64,000 nucleotides of DNA from Lama guanicoe (lineage: Eukaryota): assembly GCA_013239625.1 (NCBI GenBank), contig MU057073.1, forward strand, positions 1,535,426 to 1,599,425, read 5' to 3'. Each line of letters starts with the position of its first letter. Position 1 is the stretch's first letter. The notes under the pieces are model-generated. The model made no database searches and was not told where the DNA came from. It saw nothing but the letters and a program-made list of their open reading frames with translations. Below, piece by piece: positions 24,437 to 37,220 of this stretch. The position numbers and the translations under genes are program-made.

Positions 24437-25505
24437 TCAGGAATAGGTGCGGGTAGAGAAACCCCACGTGAGAGCCCTGGGGTCTGAGGCTGTCCAAGCC
24501 CTCGGGCCGTGAAGAGCTGAGGCCTCAGAGAAGGGCCAGGCAGGGCCCTGGGGCAGGAGCTCTCCCGGAGCCCCGTGGAAGGGGCCGCCTGAGCCAGGCC
24601 CTCTCACGTCCCAGCACTGGGCAAGCCCGACTAACCTGATCCCACTAGGCCCCTGGTGGGCGCCGCCACCCCATTTCCCCAAGGCAGCCAAGGGTTGGGG
24701 CCAGGGCGGAGCCTGGGCTTGGCAGCTGCCACAGCACTGGACCCAGAACAGCCCCAGTCAGACAGAGCAGCACCGGGCGGGGGCTGCTGCTGTCACAGGA
24801 AATTAGAGGCTGTCGCCCGCTCCTGGGAACAGGAGGCGCCTACTCCAAGCTGAGCCCCACAGCCCAAGGATGACGGGGTGGAGGCGGCAGCCGGCAGCCT
24901 CTTCCTGCGGCCGCTCACCAGGGCCCGCCCACAGCATCCCTCAGCCTGGCTCAGGTCCCCCTCCTGGCAGGGAGGGTGTGGGGAAGCCAGGGTGGGGGAA
25001 GGGATGTGGCCCAGGCAAGGACTGGAAGGCCCCTGAGGCCTGGTCAGCTCAGCCACGCCGGGACAGACCCCCAGCTGCTCTGCTGGGAGGCCTGGGCCTG
25101 GAGGTGGATCCTACAGCTGATGTCAACCCAGAGGACACAGTATCACCCCTAAGAAAGGACCCAACCCCCATGCACACTGCTGAGGACACAGGCCCCGCTG
25201 GGCAGGATCCGAGCCTACTGGCTGGCTAGAGGTCCAGAGAGCCCGGGGACTGCACTTGCTGGGGTCAGGCTCACACAGCAGGCAGGGGAGCCCTGTAGCC
25301 CACAAGCAGGTTCAGGGAAAAGACCCAGAGAACGAGGCTTAGTGGGATGGAGGAGTCAGGACACCAGAAGGCATGACTGCCCCAGGCCAGCCTCCAGGAA
25401 GGAGTCTCAGCAGGAGGGAGGCCCAGGGCAGTGACTGACTGGGCTCAGCCAAGGCTGGGCCACCAGCTCTGGCCTCCTGGGCCTGGGCCTAGGCCTGCTG
25501 GTGTT

Positions 25506-25544
25506 CCTGCAGTGGGGAGGACCTGCAGTGGGGAGGACCTGCAG
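25506..25544. repeat. 16-bp tandem duplication (about 2.4 copies) in a TRMT61A intron
   Basis: CCTGCAGTGGGGAGGA twice, then CCTGCAG. Confidence 0.85.
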
Positions 25545-26170
25545 GTATCCAGGGGCAAAGCTGGAGGGCTGCCCCTCTCCCCAGCCCCAGGTCCCCTCAG
25601 CAGAGATCAGGGACCCAGGAGTCCAGGGCAGGGGACCCACGGGCCACTGCCTTGCTGGGCCTCAGCATCTGCCCTTCAGAGGGGCAGTCCTTCCCAGGGC
25701 AGCCCTGCGCCTGCCTCCCCAACCTCCCGTGCTGTGCCACTCCACTGGGAGGAGCGAAGGGGCCTGGTTGCCTGAACAGGCTCCTTCTCCAGAAAAGGGA
25801 AAAACCCAGCGCCTCCCTGGCTCTGAGCCGACCTTCCCGCCTCCGCACCCAGCGTCTTCCCTAAAAGGGGCACGTTAGCCTGGCCTGCAGCTGGTGGGGA
25901 AGAGAGACTCTGCAGGGATCAGCCGGAGTCAGGGGCTGACCTCTGATCTCCAGCATGCCCTGTGGTGCAGGCCCCGCCTCTTACTCAGGCTGGGCTGCCA
26001 CATTCCCCAGGGACCTCAGACATCTCCCACCTCAGGGTGAGAGCAGGGCCAGGCCAGGACCAGGGGCCCAGTTGGAGCCCCATTCTCCCCAGTTCTGATT
26101 TCTTCTCTAACCTTCACCCTTCACTGGGCGACCTCCCCACGACTCCCCCGGCTGCCCTGACCCACCCCTA

Positions 26171-26698
<528 letters not shown>

Positions 26699-28094
26699 TC
26701 AAAGGGCCCTCGAGGTTAGCCGGCCCCAGGTTACCAGTGGGACAAAGAAGCTTGGAACTGTCCCTATCACCCTCCAAGTGGTGGCCAGGCCCCAGCTCCC
26801 TGATGGACTCAGGTCAGTCCATCTCCCAGTCCTGCAGTCTGCTCTCACCACACGAGTGCAGCTCTGCCCTCATCTTGCACTGTGACAGATGACATGGTGA
26901 CCGAGGTGCCCCCCACATCGTCTCCCAGTTTGCCCCCAGCTTCACGGGCCACCCCTCTGCCTGCCTCCTTCTCCTGCCATGCCAGGCAGGCCTGTGTCCC
27001 CCCGTTCAGCCCCCGTGACCCCTCTTTGCTTCATGGCTCCAGGTGCCAGGCTCGATGAAGACTCCCCAGCGACCACTGCATGCCTGCCACCCCCCCCCAA
27101 ACACCCAAACAGCGCCCAGCATCTACAAGTGCAGAGCTGGAGCCGATCCGACCCTAACCCCCTCCTGCCAAGCCTCCCTGACCCAGTCAGTGACACCACT
27201 GCTCAGCCAGACACTCTGGGGGCCCCTTGCCTCCCCGTGCCCACCTCCCACACATCTGACCCACCAGCAAGTGCTGCACCTCTTCCCACGTCTCTCCAGG
27301 AGCCACTCCTTCTCCTCACCCGCCCCCACACCCACATGGGCGCCCCCTCCCGGCCCTCTGCCACAGCCCCTGACTGGCTGCCTACAGTCCTGTCTCGGCA
27401 CAGCTGTGGAATTCTCTCCACCCGTAGCCAGACCACGCCTCTTTCCTTTCCACGCAGGGCAGAGTCAGACTCCTCGTGACCTTCCAGCTGCGCCCATTTC
27501 CCCCTGACCTCATTCCTGCTCCAGCCACCCTGGCCTCCTCGCTGGTCCCTCAAGCAGGGTTTCTGCAAGGCTCTCCTTTGGGGGGACCCTCCCCCTTGGC
27601 TCTTGGTAGGGACCTCCTTCCCATCATTTTCAACTCCATGCCCTCTCTTCAAAGAGGCCTTCCCTGGCCCCCTTGCTGGAGGGGCCCCTCTCTGAGTCAC
27701 CCTCAAAGACAGAGCCCTGTCTTTCAAGCCCCCAGCAATCAACAACACTGGAACGGTCCCACTGGGCTTCCTGTCTGTCCCCTTTTAGGAGAAGAAGCCT
27801 GGCCTGTCTTGTCCTGGTTCTGCCCAAGGTGCCTAGCAGGGGAGCCCAGAAGCATGCTCACTGCCAAAGCTTTTTGGCCAAATGGAACGAGGCCCTGGCT
27901 ACAGATGCACAGTGGCCACAGGAGATGAGCTGGCCCTGAATCCTGCTGTCCACCCCCAGGTCCCCTGGTGCTGAGCAGTCAGCCTCTGACGAGCCCCCAC
28001 CCACTCTCTCCAGGAGCCACTCTCTCCACAGCCCAGGTTCTGCATCTGACTCTTCCCATCCTGAAGTGCTTGGCGGGATAACGTGAACCACTCA

Positions 28095-28200
28095 ATTGTC
28101 CACCTGGAGAAACTGAGGCCCAGAGAGGGATGAGATGCCCTGAAGCCCTCTGAAAGTTGGCAGCAGTGCAGTTGGGAACTCTTGGAGCCCAGAAGCCCAG
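28095..28200 (+). mobile_element. MIR SINE remnant
   Basis: Core GAGAAACTGAGGCCCAGAGAGGG. Confidence 0.7.
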
Positions 28201-28867
28201 CTCAGGAGGAACACGCTGGAAATCTGTGCACATCTGGGCTTAAACTGTTGTTAGCTAGGCTGCATGCTTCAACCCCCAACACCTGTGTGTATGTGTGTGT
28301 GCATGTGAGTGTGCGTGTGTGTGAAAGGGCTGGGAATGGCTGACCTTCAGGCACTTCCATCTGCACCACAGGCCTTGGGCTCAGTGACAATGGTGCTGGC
28401 CTGGGTTGAGCACGGGGCAGGCTCCTCACCATCAATGAAGCACCTGGGAGCGGCCCTGGCCTCCATCCAGGAAGGGGCAACTCTTAGCCCTGGGCCTGGG
28501 GCTCCCATTCTCAGCAGTCAGGGACCGCTGGGCGACTCACCCTCCACCAGAAGTCAGTACCGGGTTCGGGACTGGCAGTCAGCACCTTGGTCAGCGCTGA
28601 GCAGCACTTGCCCCCACCCCACCAAGACAGGTAGGACCTCCGTGGGCACCAGCTCCTCCAGAGGGCTATCCTTGGTCCAGTCCCAACTCTCACTCAGAGT
28701 ACAGTACCAGCCTCCTTGCTTCTGCCCTCCTTCCCCACAATCAGTCCCCCAGAAAGATCCTGTTAAAATAGAAGCTGAATAGTCATGCCTGTGCTCAGGA
28801 AGGGCAGGCTGGGGGCTGTCTGGACACTGGGTCTGACTTCCACCTTCATGTCAATTTCTCAGAGTTA

Positions 28868-29521
<654 letters not shown>

Positions 29522-29789
29522 TCACCCTTCTCCAGGAACCTGGCTCCCATTCTCCAGCTGTGAGAAGGGAGAGCGACCACCTAGTGGGAAGCAGCAAACG
29601 GTTCGTGAAGTCACCCCCAAGCCAGGCTCAATTCCACAGAATCCTGTCTCCCCCATCTCTCCCACCGCGGGCTCCTGGGCAGACAAGTGGAAGGGGGATT
29701 CAAGAGATGTAACCGCTCCCAAGCAGAGGTTGGGGACGTGCTGCGAGCAGTAAACAGAAACACTGGCCTGGCCTGTGCAGAGTCAGGGG

Positions 29790-30350
29790 GCAGGTCAGGC
29801 CAGGCTGGCACCGGGCTGAGGGCGACCACGGGAGGCTGCAGGAAGTGCAGGGCCCGCTAGAGGAGGCCTGAGCGCAGCGCCCGCGGGGGCGACCTCCCCC
29901 CTCGCACTGCCACCGTGACCCCGCGGAACCTCACCGGGTCTCACCGGTGACGCTCGCCGGGCTCCCACTCCGGGTGGCTCCGCACGTGGCTCCGGGCACC
30001 AGCTACAGCGCTTCCGGCTCCGGAGCGGCTCGCGGCGCCCGCCGATGACGTCACGACGCGCCGTTCCCACCCCGCGCGCGGACTCCTGGGACTCGCCCGC
30101 TACCCATCCCGCCCTCGGAGCAGGCCTCCGGGTCGCGCCTCCAGCTCGGCTTTCCCCGGAAGCGAGTTCTCCAGTTTAAACAGTTCGTGCAAAAGACAAA
30201 CTGAGAGTCCCGCTGTCCCGCCGCCCAGCTGCTGCGGTCCTTTCAGACATTACCTACGGGCACGATTAATGAGTGCTGGGACCAGGGCAGGCCGCGTCCC
30301 TCAGCCTTTTGACCGTCCTGGGGTCCCCGGAACGGCCGCCCGCGGCTAGC
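29790..30350 (-). promoter_or_regulatory. TRMT61A: TRMT61A CpG-island promoter and non-coding exon 1
   Basis: CpG-rich. Palindromic CRE TGACGTCA at 30046-30053, ETS CCGGAAG at 30011-30017 (minus), E-box CACGTG at 29983-29988. Donors on the minus strand after 29945 and 29935. Confidence 0.85.
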
Positions 30351-31744
30351 TGCCCACTCTCCTACGAGGACACTGCCGTGGACATTCTGTCACTGCATAC
30401 CGCTCAAGGAGCACCTCCGACTGGGCCCTCGGATGAATTCCAGGAAATGGAATCAGAGCGGAGGACCGTCCCAAAAGGCTTTGTCTGGGGTCAGCCAGAG
30501 GAGCAGGAGGTGGTGGTCTGCAAGGGTCTGTAGAAGTGGCCTTACGCCCAGGCCGTGCTTCTTCTTGGCCTACCTCCCCTTCAGGGGCACATTCCCCGTT
30601 GAGACAGCTGCTTCAAGGAAGGAGGTGTCCTGTGTCCCCTCCTGGAACCCAGGGTGCAGGGAGAGCTGGATGAATGAGGCTTACAGGGCCAGCGGCCTGA
30701 GCAGGGGACGGGGGTGGGGGCATCTGGAGGACTGGGGCAGAAAAGGGAAGCAGCAGCCCTGCATCGTCCCAGCAGGGCTGATTCAGAGTTGGTTCCTCTG
30801 TGGAGGTGGGGGATGGTAAAGGGTGAGTGGGGAGAGGGGACCATAGGGACTGTCCTCCTCCAGCACTCAGGCCCCTGCGGACCAGGGCTTATCCCGTTAG
30901 CCCTGGGGACTGGAGAGCTGGATCAAGACTCCAGCCCACCCAGCTACCCTGGGGCCTGAGCTCTAACCCAGGCTCAGTGGGCAATGACCCTTGTCCACAC
31001 TGCCTAGGCCCAGGCAGCCCGTCCCAGACAAATGGGAGTGGCCAGAACCAGCCCCTTCTCAGAGCCCTGCCAGCCTGGGGGGCTTTCTGAACTCTCCCTC
31101 TTCTGGGGCCAGAACTGGTGACGGTGACTGTGGACCTCAGAGTCAATGTTGGAAACCCAGGTGCCCAACCTCAGTCCCTTCATACCCCTGCCCCTACTGG
31201 GCCTGGGTTTTGGAGCCATAGGGGAAGAAGGAGGGGGGCCTTTGGTGACGTCCCATTCTCTGTGGGTTCATATCCCTTTGGGGCCAGTGCTCTGGCCACC
31301 AGCTGCCTGAGTGGCTGCATCATGGCCCCCTTGCCTCCTGCTCTCAACACTGCTCGCCACCTCTGTTCCAGGTGACTTTACACCCGTCTGAATCACCCCC
31401 TAATTGCTCCCTGGGGAGATCTCAACTTTCCACTTCTCATAGGGGTTCCTCTTCCACAGCTTGTGATGTGGAGCCAGGGCTGACAGCCTACTCAGAGCCT
31501 AAATTAGGACTCGGTGACTTGGTGGTGGTTTCCTGTGGTCCCAACTTCCCACTTGCCTCTGTCTATGACTGGCCGTCCAGCTCCTCCAGTGCGTCTCTCC
31601 TCTAGGCAGCCTATCCAGAGCTGTCCATCCGCCCCATCTGAGCCTGCCCCAGCCCTCAGCCTGAGTCCTCAAGCACCAACTGATTACCCAGGTCAGGTGG
31701 GCACCTTGCCCAGGGCAGAGCTTGTGTATTGGAGCCTCCCTGAC

Positions 31745-31910
31745 AAGAACTGATGCTGTATAAGCCCAGTTAAGTGTCATCACATTGAATCCTCCCCACA
31801 GTCCTATGAAAGAGGGACCACGTTATAGATGGGGAAACTGAGACCCAGGGAGGCCAAGTGACTTGTGTAAAATCACACAGCCAATGTGGCCAAAGTGGGA
31901 TGGGGATTTA
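31745..31910 (+). mobile_element. MIR SINE
   Basis: AATCCTCCCCACAGTCCTATGA...ATAGATGGGGAAACTGAGACCCAGGGAGGCCAAGTGACTTG...TCACACAGC. Confidence 0.85.
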
Positions 31911-33699
31911 ATGCAGTAAACTTGGCTTCAGAGAACCAATGGCAGATTTGAAGAAAGGTGGGAACAGGCAGGCAGAAGGCCCTGGAGGAAAGGAAGAGAT
32001 GGGATGCCCACTGGGGGAGGCTGCTCTGCCCTCCTTCCAGGCAGGATCAGGTGACCCAAGGTTCCCTCCTCTCTGACCAGCTCAGCCTCCTGCCCTACAT
32101 GCTCTGTGACCACAAGGCAGCCCCTGCCCCATTTCTGACCCCAACCAACTTCCCCATTGAGTTCTGCAGAGCTCAGGGACAGAGCAGCAGGAGGTGGCAA
32201 TGCCCACCCTGGCATAGACTCTGAGGATGGCCTTGGGTCCCCTGCTTGGACCCTGGCCCTGCCCTCCCACCTGACACACCTCCAGCTGCCCAGCTCTATG
32301 CCTGCCCTGCTGAGCCGGGCCACATTCTGTGGATGAAAGGCCAGGGACTCCTTTGAGGCTCCCCACCCCCTCCAGGGCCAGGCGGTTAATGTGTAACCAG
32401 GTGTGATTTCTGAGGAATCTGGACCATAAACTGGCCGGGTGATGTCACCCAGCTTCTTGCCCAGACGCTGCCAAACCGGCTTGTGTGGGCCCTGGGGAGA
32501 GTGAAGGGTCCACAGATGCGGGCTTGGTTAGCTGGGGGCAGTGTTATGGCTGAGGTGGAGGCTGGTACCCTCCATGCCCCACTCCTTGCTCCCCTGCTCT
32601 GGGACCACCCTAGCTCCCAAGCAGCCCCTGCCTGGTGGCAGGTAGCTCACTCTGCATTTGGGGTGAAAGGGCCCCCCATCCCAGCTGCTGACCATCCACA
32701 CTCTCAGTCTGAGTTTGGCCCAGGCTTGGCTTGTGGGGTCCCCACGGTGGGCCCCAGGTTAGGTTAGCCCAAGGCCAGGCACTCCAGGGTTGCTGACGGA
32801 TGCCAGAACTCCAACCTGGCCCCTCTGTCACGCACATTCTGATCTTCCTTTGAGCATCTGCAAAACTAGAATAAAACACCCATCTCAGAAGGCTGAGGAT
32901 TGCTGGAACTGAAGGTAGGAGAATCCTCAGGGCCTGACCCTAGGCAAGACCCCAAGCATCTGGACCTCACATCTCCAGTGTGGACTTTGCTTATGCAGGG
33001 AGAGGGGAACGGGGGTCCTTCCCTGCCTCTATCCCACAACGTTGGTCAGGCTCTTGGTGGCCTGAGGGTTGGGGGAAGAGGGAGGGTGGCTTTCCCAGAA
33101 GCTGCAGAGGCTACAGACAAAGAAGCCCTGAGCTGCCCCTCTCCAGCTCCCTCCCGCCTGGGGTCTGAAAGCCAAGTAGGCCTCCAAGGCCAGCAGTTCT
33201 GTTTCTAGAAACAGAAACTTGAGCCCATCAGGCCTTTGGGGGTGGGAAGTTGGGGAGGGCAGCTGCAGATATTTCTAAAATTAGGGGAAGGGGCTGCAAA
33301 GGGCACAGAATGCAGGCATTCCAGGCTTAAGGGACAGCTGCTGTCTTCTGGGGCCATTTGCCTTTTTACCTCGGTTTATTTTATGGGTCTAAAATAATGC
33401 TGACTGGGAGCAGGTCAAAGCACGCCAAGGTGAGTGAGGGAAGGGCAGAAGTCCCTCCGTGGTAACCACAGGGACAGCGCACGGAGGCAAACAGACTTGC
33501 TCATCCTTTGGGGCTTTGCTCCCATTCCTCAGAGGCACCAAATACACTGGAATTCCTGCTTTCCCCCTGACCCCATGGCATCTCTCTCCTCCCATCTCCT
33601 GATAACATTTGTTCTCTTGGCTGCTGGCTCTCAGCCAGTCTTCCTCCAGCAGCAGCAATGTTCACCTTGATGCCTGCGGAGCTCACTGTGCAGTCCTGG

Positions 33700-34850
33700 A
33701 GGGACTTTGTTAAATGTACACATACATAAGGGCCTCCTCCCTTTCTTGATTCATTCACAAAGCAACATAAGATGGACATTAACCACACACGCGCCAATTC
33801 ATGCTTTTTAATAGCTACATAACATTCCACACTGGGGAGATGCCTTCCCTACCTCCCGACCAGTCTCCAAGCTATAGCATTAAGTTATATCCAGGTTTTG
33901 TTTGTGTTTGTTTCTCCCAGTACACATCTCTTGGTCTGTCTGCAAAGAGAAATGAGTCTGTTCTTTCTATAGGCTGGATTCCTAGAACTGGGATGGCTGG
34001 GTCATGGAGGATGAATGTTACTGAACAGAAGTTCGTATGCCCAACGCACAGTGAGGCCAAATAAACTGAAATGTTGGAGTTTGGAGCAGAGAAAGGTTTA
34101 CTGCAGGGCCAGGCAAGGAGAATGGATGGCAATGGTTTTCTGCGAGAAGTTTTTAAACGCAAAATTCAGGTGAGGGCTGCTGGGTGTGTGACTTTCTTCT
34201 GTTTGTCTGGTGGGGAGGTAACAGGGCTGTGCGCCAGGAATCTTGGGTTTGGTCTGAAGTTACCATCCTCCACCTGGGTGAGGGCCTTAGTTTCCAAAGA
34301 ACTCAAAGATATTGTATACGCCTGGAGGAGGAACCAAGACCCTGCCCCAAGACTGCACTATTGCTTCTTGACTGCCCTCCTTTGTTTCGGTATCCCCTCC
34401 CTTCCCTGAAAAGCAACTCTTTAAATCTGCCCTTTGGAACTCAGAGAAGGTCAGGGAGGCTGAATGAAGCCTACAAACAAGAAACAGGGACATGGAAAAG
34501 ATTTTGCACCAGGGAGGACCCCACAAGGTCCTGCTCTGTTTCATGAACATTTGCAATTTTTACATGCTGCCAAATTACTTTTCAAAAAGGATGTAGCAAT
34601 TCACAGTTGCCGGCAGCGAGTGAATGCCTGTCTCTCCACATTCCAACCCATGGCCAACACTTGCTGGTATCAGTCTTACATTGTTGCCAGTCTGGGTGTG
34701 TTGGGGGTAGTGGAAGGTATAGCCATTGTTGTTTTAACTAGTGTGATTCTGATTTTTAGTGTTTTTGTTTGTTTCGTTGGTTGGCTTTTTAAAATCTCAC
34801 ATGTACTTATTGTTAGCATTTCCTCTGTCTCTGCCGAGTGTCTCTGAGGT
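33700..34850 (-). mobile_element. Old L1 (L1M-type) fragment interrupted by a solo LTR
   Basis: GGATTCCTAGAACTGGGATGGCTGGGTCAT...CTGCCAAATTACTTTTCAAAAAGGATGTAGCAATTCACA is typical of the reverse complement of the L1 ORF2 3' end; the two halves join across the LTR. Confidence 0.65.
34016..34543 (-). mobile_element. Solo ERV1-class LTR (528 bp) with 4-bp target-site duplication
   Basis: TG...CA termini (TGTTACTGAA...CTGTTTCA) flanked by the direct repeat TGAA (34012-34015 and 34544-34547). Orientation inferred from an AGTAAA-like signal and a TATA-like segment on the minus strand. Confidence 0.85.
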
Positions 34851-35539
34851 GCCTTTGCGGGAGGGGTGGAGAGGTGAACCTGCCCCCTGCAGAGAGGGCC
34901 CAGATCTAGGGTCTGGTCACTGAGTCTGTGCACTGTCCAGAGGCCTCTCAGGGCCTCTCATAGTAGTCCCGCATCAACTAGGAGGGCTCTCTGGCTCGGG
35001 TCCCCCAAAGGCCCGGGACTTGCCCAAGGTCAAGGCGCCGCGGGCGCCGCCATGGGGGCAGCAGCCAGACTGCGCCTCTCGCGTGCCTCCTTTTCTCTGC
35101 ACCAAGATCGTCTGGGAGATGCCTGAGGGCACCTTGAGGAAGGTCGACGGCTCTGGGCCAGCTCGGGCTGGGCAGGAGAAGTGGGGGTGGAGGGGTGGCG
35201 GTTGGCACTACCGGCTGTGGAAGCCCGGGACGCTCTCGCCTGGCCCCTCGCCGCGACTACCGCGGGGAACTGGCCGGACGACGGAAGGCAGGAACTGGGG
35301 TGCAGACAAACCCGAGCGTCCTGAAGTGCCCAGTGGCTCTCGCGCCTCAGTTTCCCGCTCGGAGGCAGGCCGCGGGAGACGAATCCAGAATGTCCAAGGG
35401 CCTGAGGTTTCAGCTCCGGGGCCCTGCGTGGGCACCGATGGAGTAGGCGGGTTGCGCGGGGTCCCGGCGAGGAGACAATCGGGGTGGGCAGCCTATGGGG
35501 GTTGCGGGGGGCGGCGGGCGGCGGACAAAGCGGCTGCAC

Positions 35540-35640
35540 CACCCCGCAGCGCGGCCCAATGGAATGAATGGGCTATAAATAGCGGCCAATGGGCGGGCCG
35601 CGTCGCGCCCCTTAAGAGCCGCGGGAGCGCGGAGCCGCCG
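35540..35640 (+). promoter_or_regulatory. CKB: CKB core promoter
   Basis: CCAAT at 35556-35560 and 35586-35590 flank CTATAAATAG (MEF2/TATA-like) at 35573-35582; non-consensus TTAA box at 35612-35615. This matches the known mammalian CKB promoter architecture. Confidence 0.9.
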
Positions 35641-35707
35641 CTGTTCGCTTGCGCCGCGCCCGGAGCTGCGGAAGGACCCAGGGCCCCCGCCCCTGCCCGG
35701 CCAGTCG
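35640..35707 (+). other. CKB: CKB non-coding exon 1 (5' end approximate)
   Basis: Begins about 25-30 nt after the TTAA box; donor TCG|GTGAGT at 35707/35708. Confidence 0.8.
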
Positions 35708-35983
35708 GTGAGTGGGCCCGAGGGCTGGGGGTGGCCGCGCGAGGCGCCAGGGCTGGGGCGCGGCGTCGCGCGCTCTGGGCACGCGAGGGCCCGCCGCCTG
35801 GGGAAGGCGTGCCAGCTGGGCCTGGGGTCCTGGGCGGTGCAGGAGCTCCCAGCGCGGTGTCGGCCCCGCCGACCTTGACCGCGTCCTAGGTGACCCGGGC
35901 CCGGGGTAGGCTGGTGGTTTCCAGGAGGCCTGGTGCCTCGGGACCCCGCTGACTCCCGCGTCTCCCCGCAGCCCGCCGCCGCC

Positions 35984-36176
35984 ATGCCCTTCTCCAATAG
36001 CCACAACACGCTGAAGCTGCGCTTTCCCGGCCGAGACGAGTTCCCCGACCTCAGCAGCCACAACAGCCACATGGCCAGGGTGCTGACCCCCGAGCTGTAC
36101 GCCGAGCTGCGCGCCAAGAGCACGCCAAGCGGCTTCACGCTGGACGATGTCATCCAAACCGGTGTGGACAACCCAG
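35984..36176 (+). CDS. CKB: Creatine kinase B-type, coding part of exon 2; full CDS 35984-38651, 381 aa predicted
   Basis: GCCGCCATGCCC start; [14 protein letters not shown]...[10 protein letters not shown]; acceptor at 35971/35972 and donor CAG|GTAC. Confidence 0.97.
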
Positions 36177-36368
36177 GTACGCGCATCCCAGTCCCGGGGG
36201 TCAGGGTGCCGGCGCCTTATGCGCGAGCCACGGGCCCAGCGCCACCCTCAGATCCCCCTCGGGTCAAGGTCCGGGCGCCCCCTTTCTGTGCGCAGCCGCA
36301 GGGTCTTCAGCGGCTCCCTCAGGTCTGGCAGTGACGTCACTGTCCCCATTCCGCGCCTCCCCCACTAG

Positions 36369-36523
36369 GCCACCCCTATATCATGACTGTGGGCTGCGTG
36401 GCTGGCGACGAAGAGTCGTACGACGTGTTCAAGGAGCTCTTTGACCCCATCATTGAAGACCGGCACGGCGGCTACAAACCCAGCGACGAGCACAAGACCG
36501 ACCTCAACCCCGACAATCTGCAG
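36369..36523 (+). CDS. CKB: CKB exon 3 (155 nt)
   Basis: [18 protein letters not shown]...DLNPDNLQ with AG/GT boundaries. Confidence 0.97.
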
Positions 36524-36602
36524 GTGCCCGGCGGCCCGGGGCGTTGGGGCGGGCTGGGGAGGGGTCTCCGGGCACTCACNNNNNNNNNNNNNNNNNNNNN
36601 NN

Positions 36603-36735
36603 NNNNNNNNNNNNNNNNNNNNNNNNNNNNNNNNNNNNNNNNNNNNNNNNNNNNNNNNNNNNNNNNNNNNNNNNNNNNNNNNNNNNNNNNNNNNNNNNNN
36701 NNNNNNNNNNNNNNNNNNNNNNNNNNNNNNNNNNN
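36603..36735 (+). CDS. CKB: CKB exon 4 (133 nt), inferred inside the N gap 36580-36735
   Basis: Not visible. The gap is preceded by a branch-point-like CTCAC and followed directly by donor GTGAGG. A 133-nt exon restores phase and gives a 1146-nt CDS. Confidence 0.7.
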
Positions 36736-37048
36736 GTGAGGCTCGACGGGCGCCCCCTCATCACGGTCCCAGCCTGGGTCCCCGCTGGCTTGTTTACCAG
36801 TCACCCGAGCTGCCGCCGCCGTGCCGGCTCCGGTTTCCCGGAGGGACGGAGGCCCGGCCCTGCGCCTACAGCGCCCTGGGGCCCGGCGAGGGTCCGCCCG
36901 AGTCCGGGTAACCCGCTCGGACTGCCAGGACTGCACTCCTACCAAGCTCGGCGGGCATGGGGAGGTGGGGCGGATCCGTGTCGCCTGGGGTGGTGGGGGT
37001 GGAGGTAGGAGCCCACCAGCTTGTCGTCCTGAGCGCGCCCCTCCGCAG

Positions 37049-37220
37049 CCCTGTCGAGCCTGGACGGTGACCTGGCGGGGAGATACTATGCGCTCAAAAG
37101 CATGACCGAGGCGGAACAGCAGCAGCTCATCGACGACCACTTCCTTTTTGACAAGCCCGTATCGCCCCTGCTGCTGGCCTCGGGCATGGCCCGCGACTGG
37201 CCGGATGCCCGTGGCATCTG
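37049..37220 (+). CDS. CKB: CKB exon 5 (172 nt)
   Basis: [57 protein letters not shown]. Confidence 0.97.

Noticed and set aside
35020-36186. 289-aa (+) and 258-aa (-) ORFs across the CKB promoter
   Set aside because: CpG-island artefacts running through the promoter boxes or antisense to exon 2.
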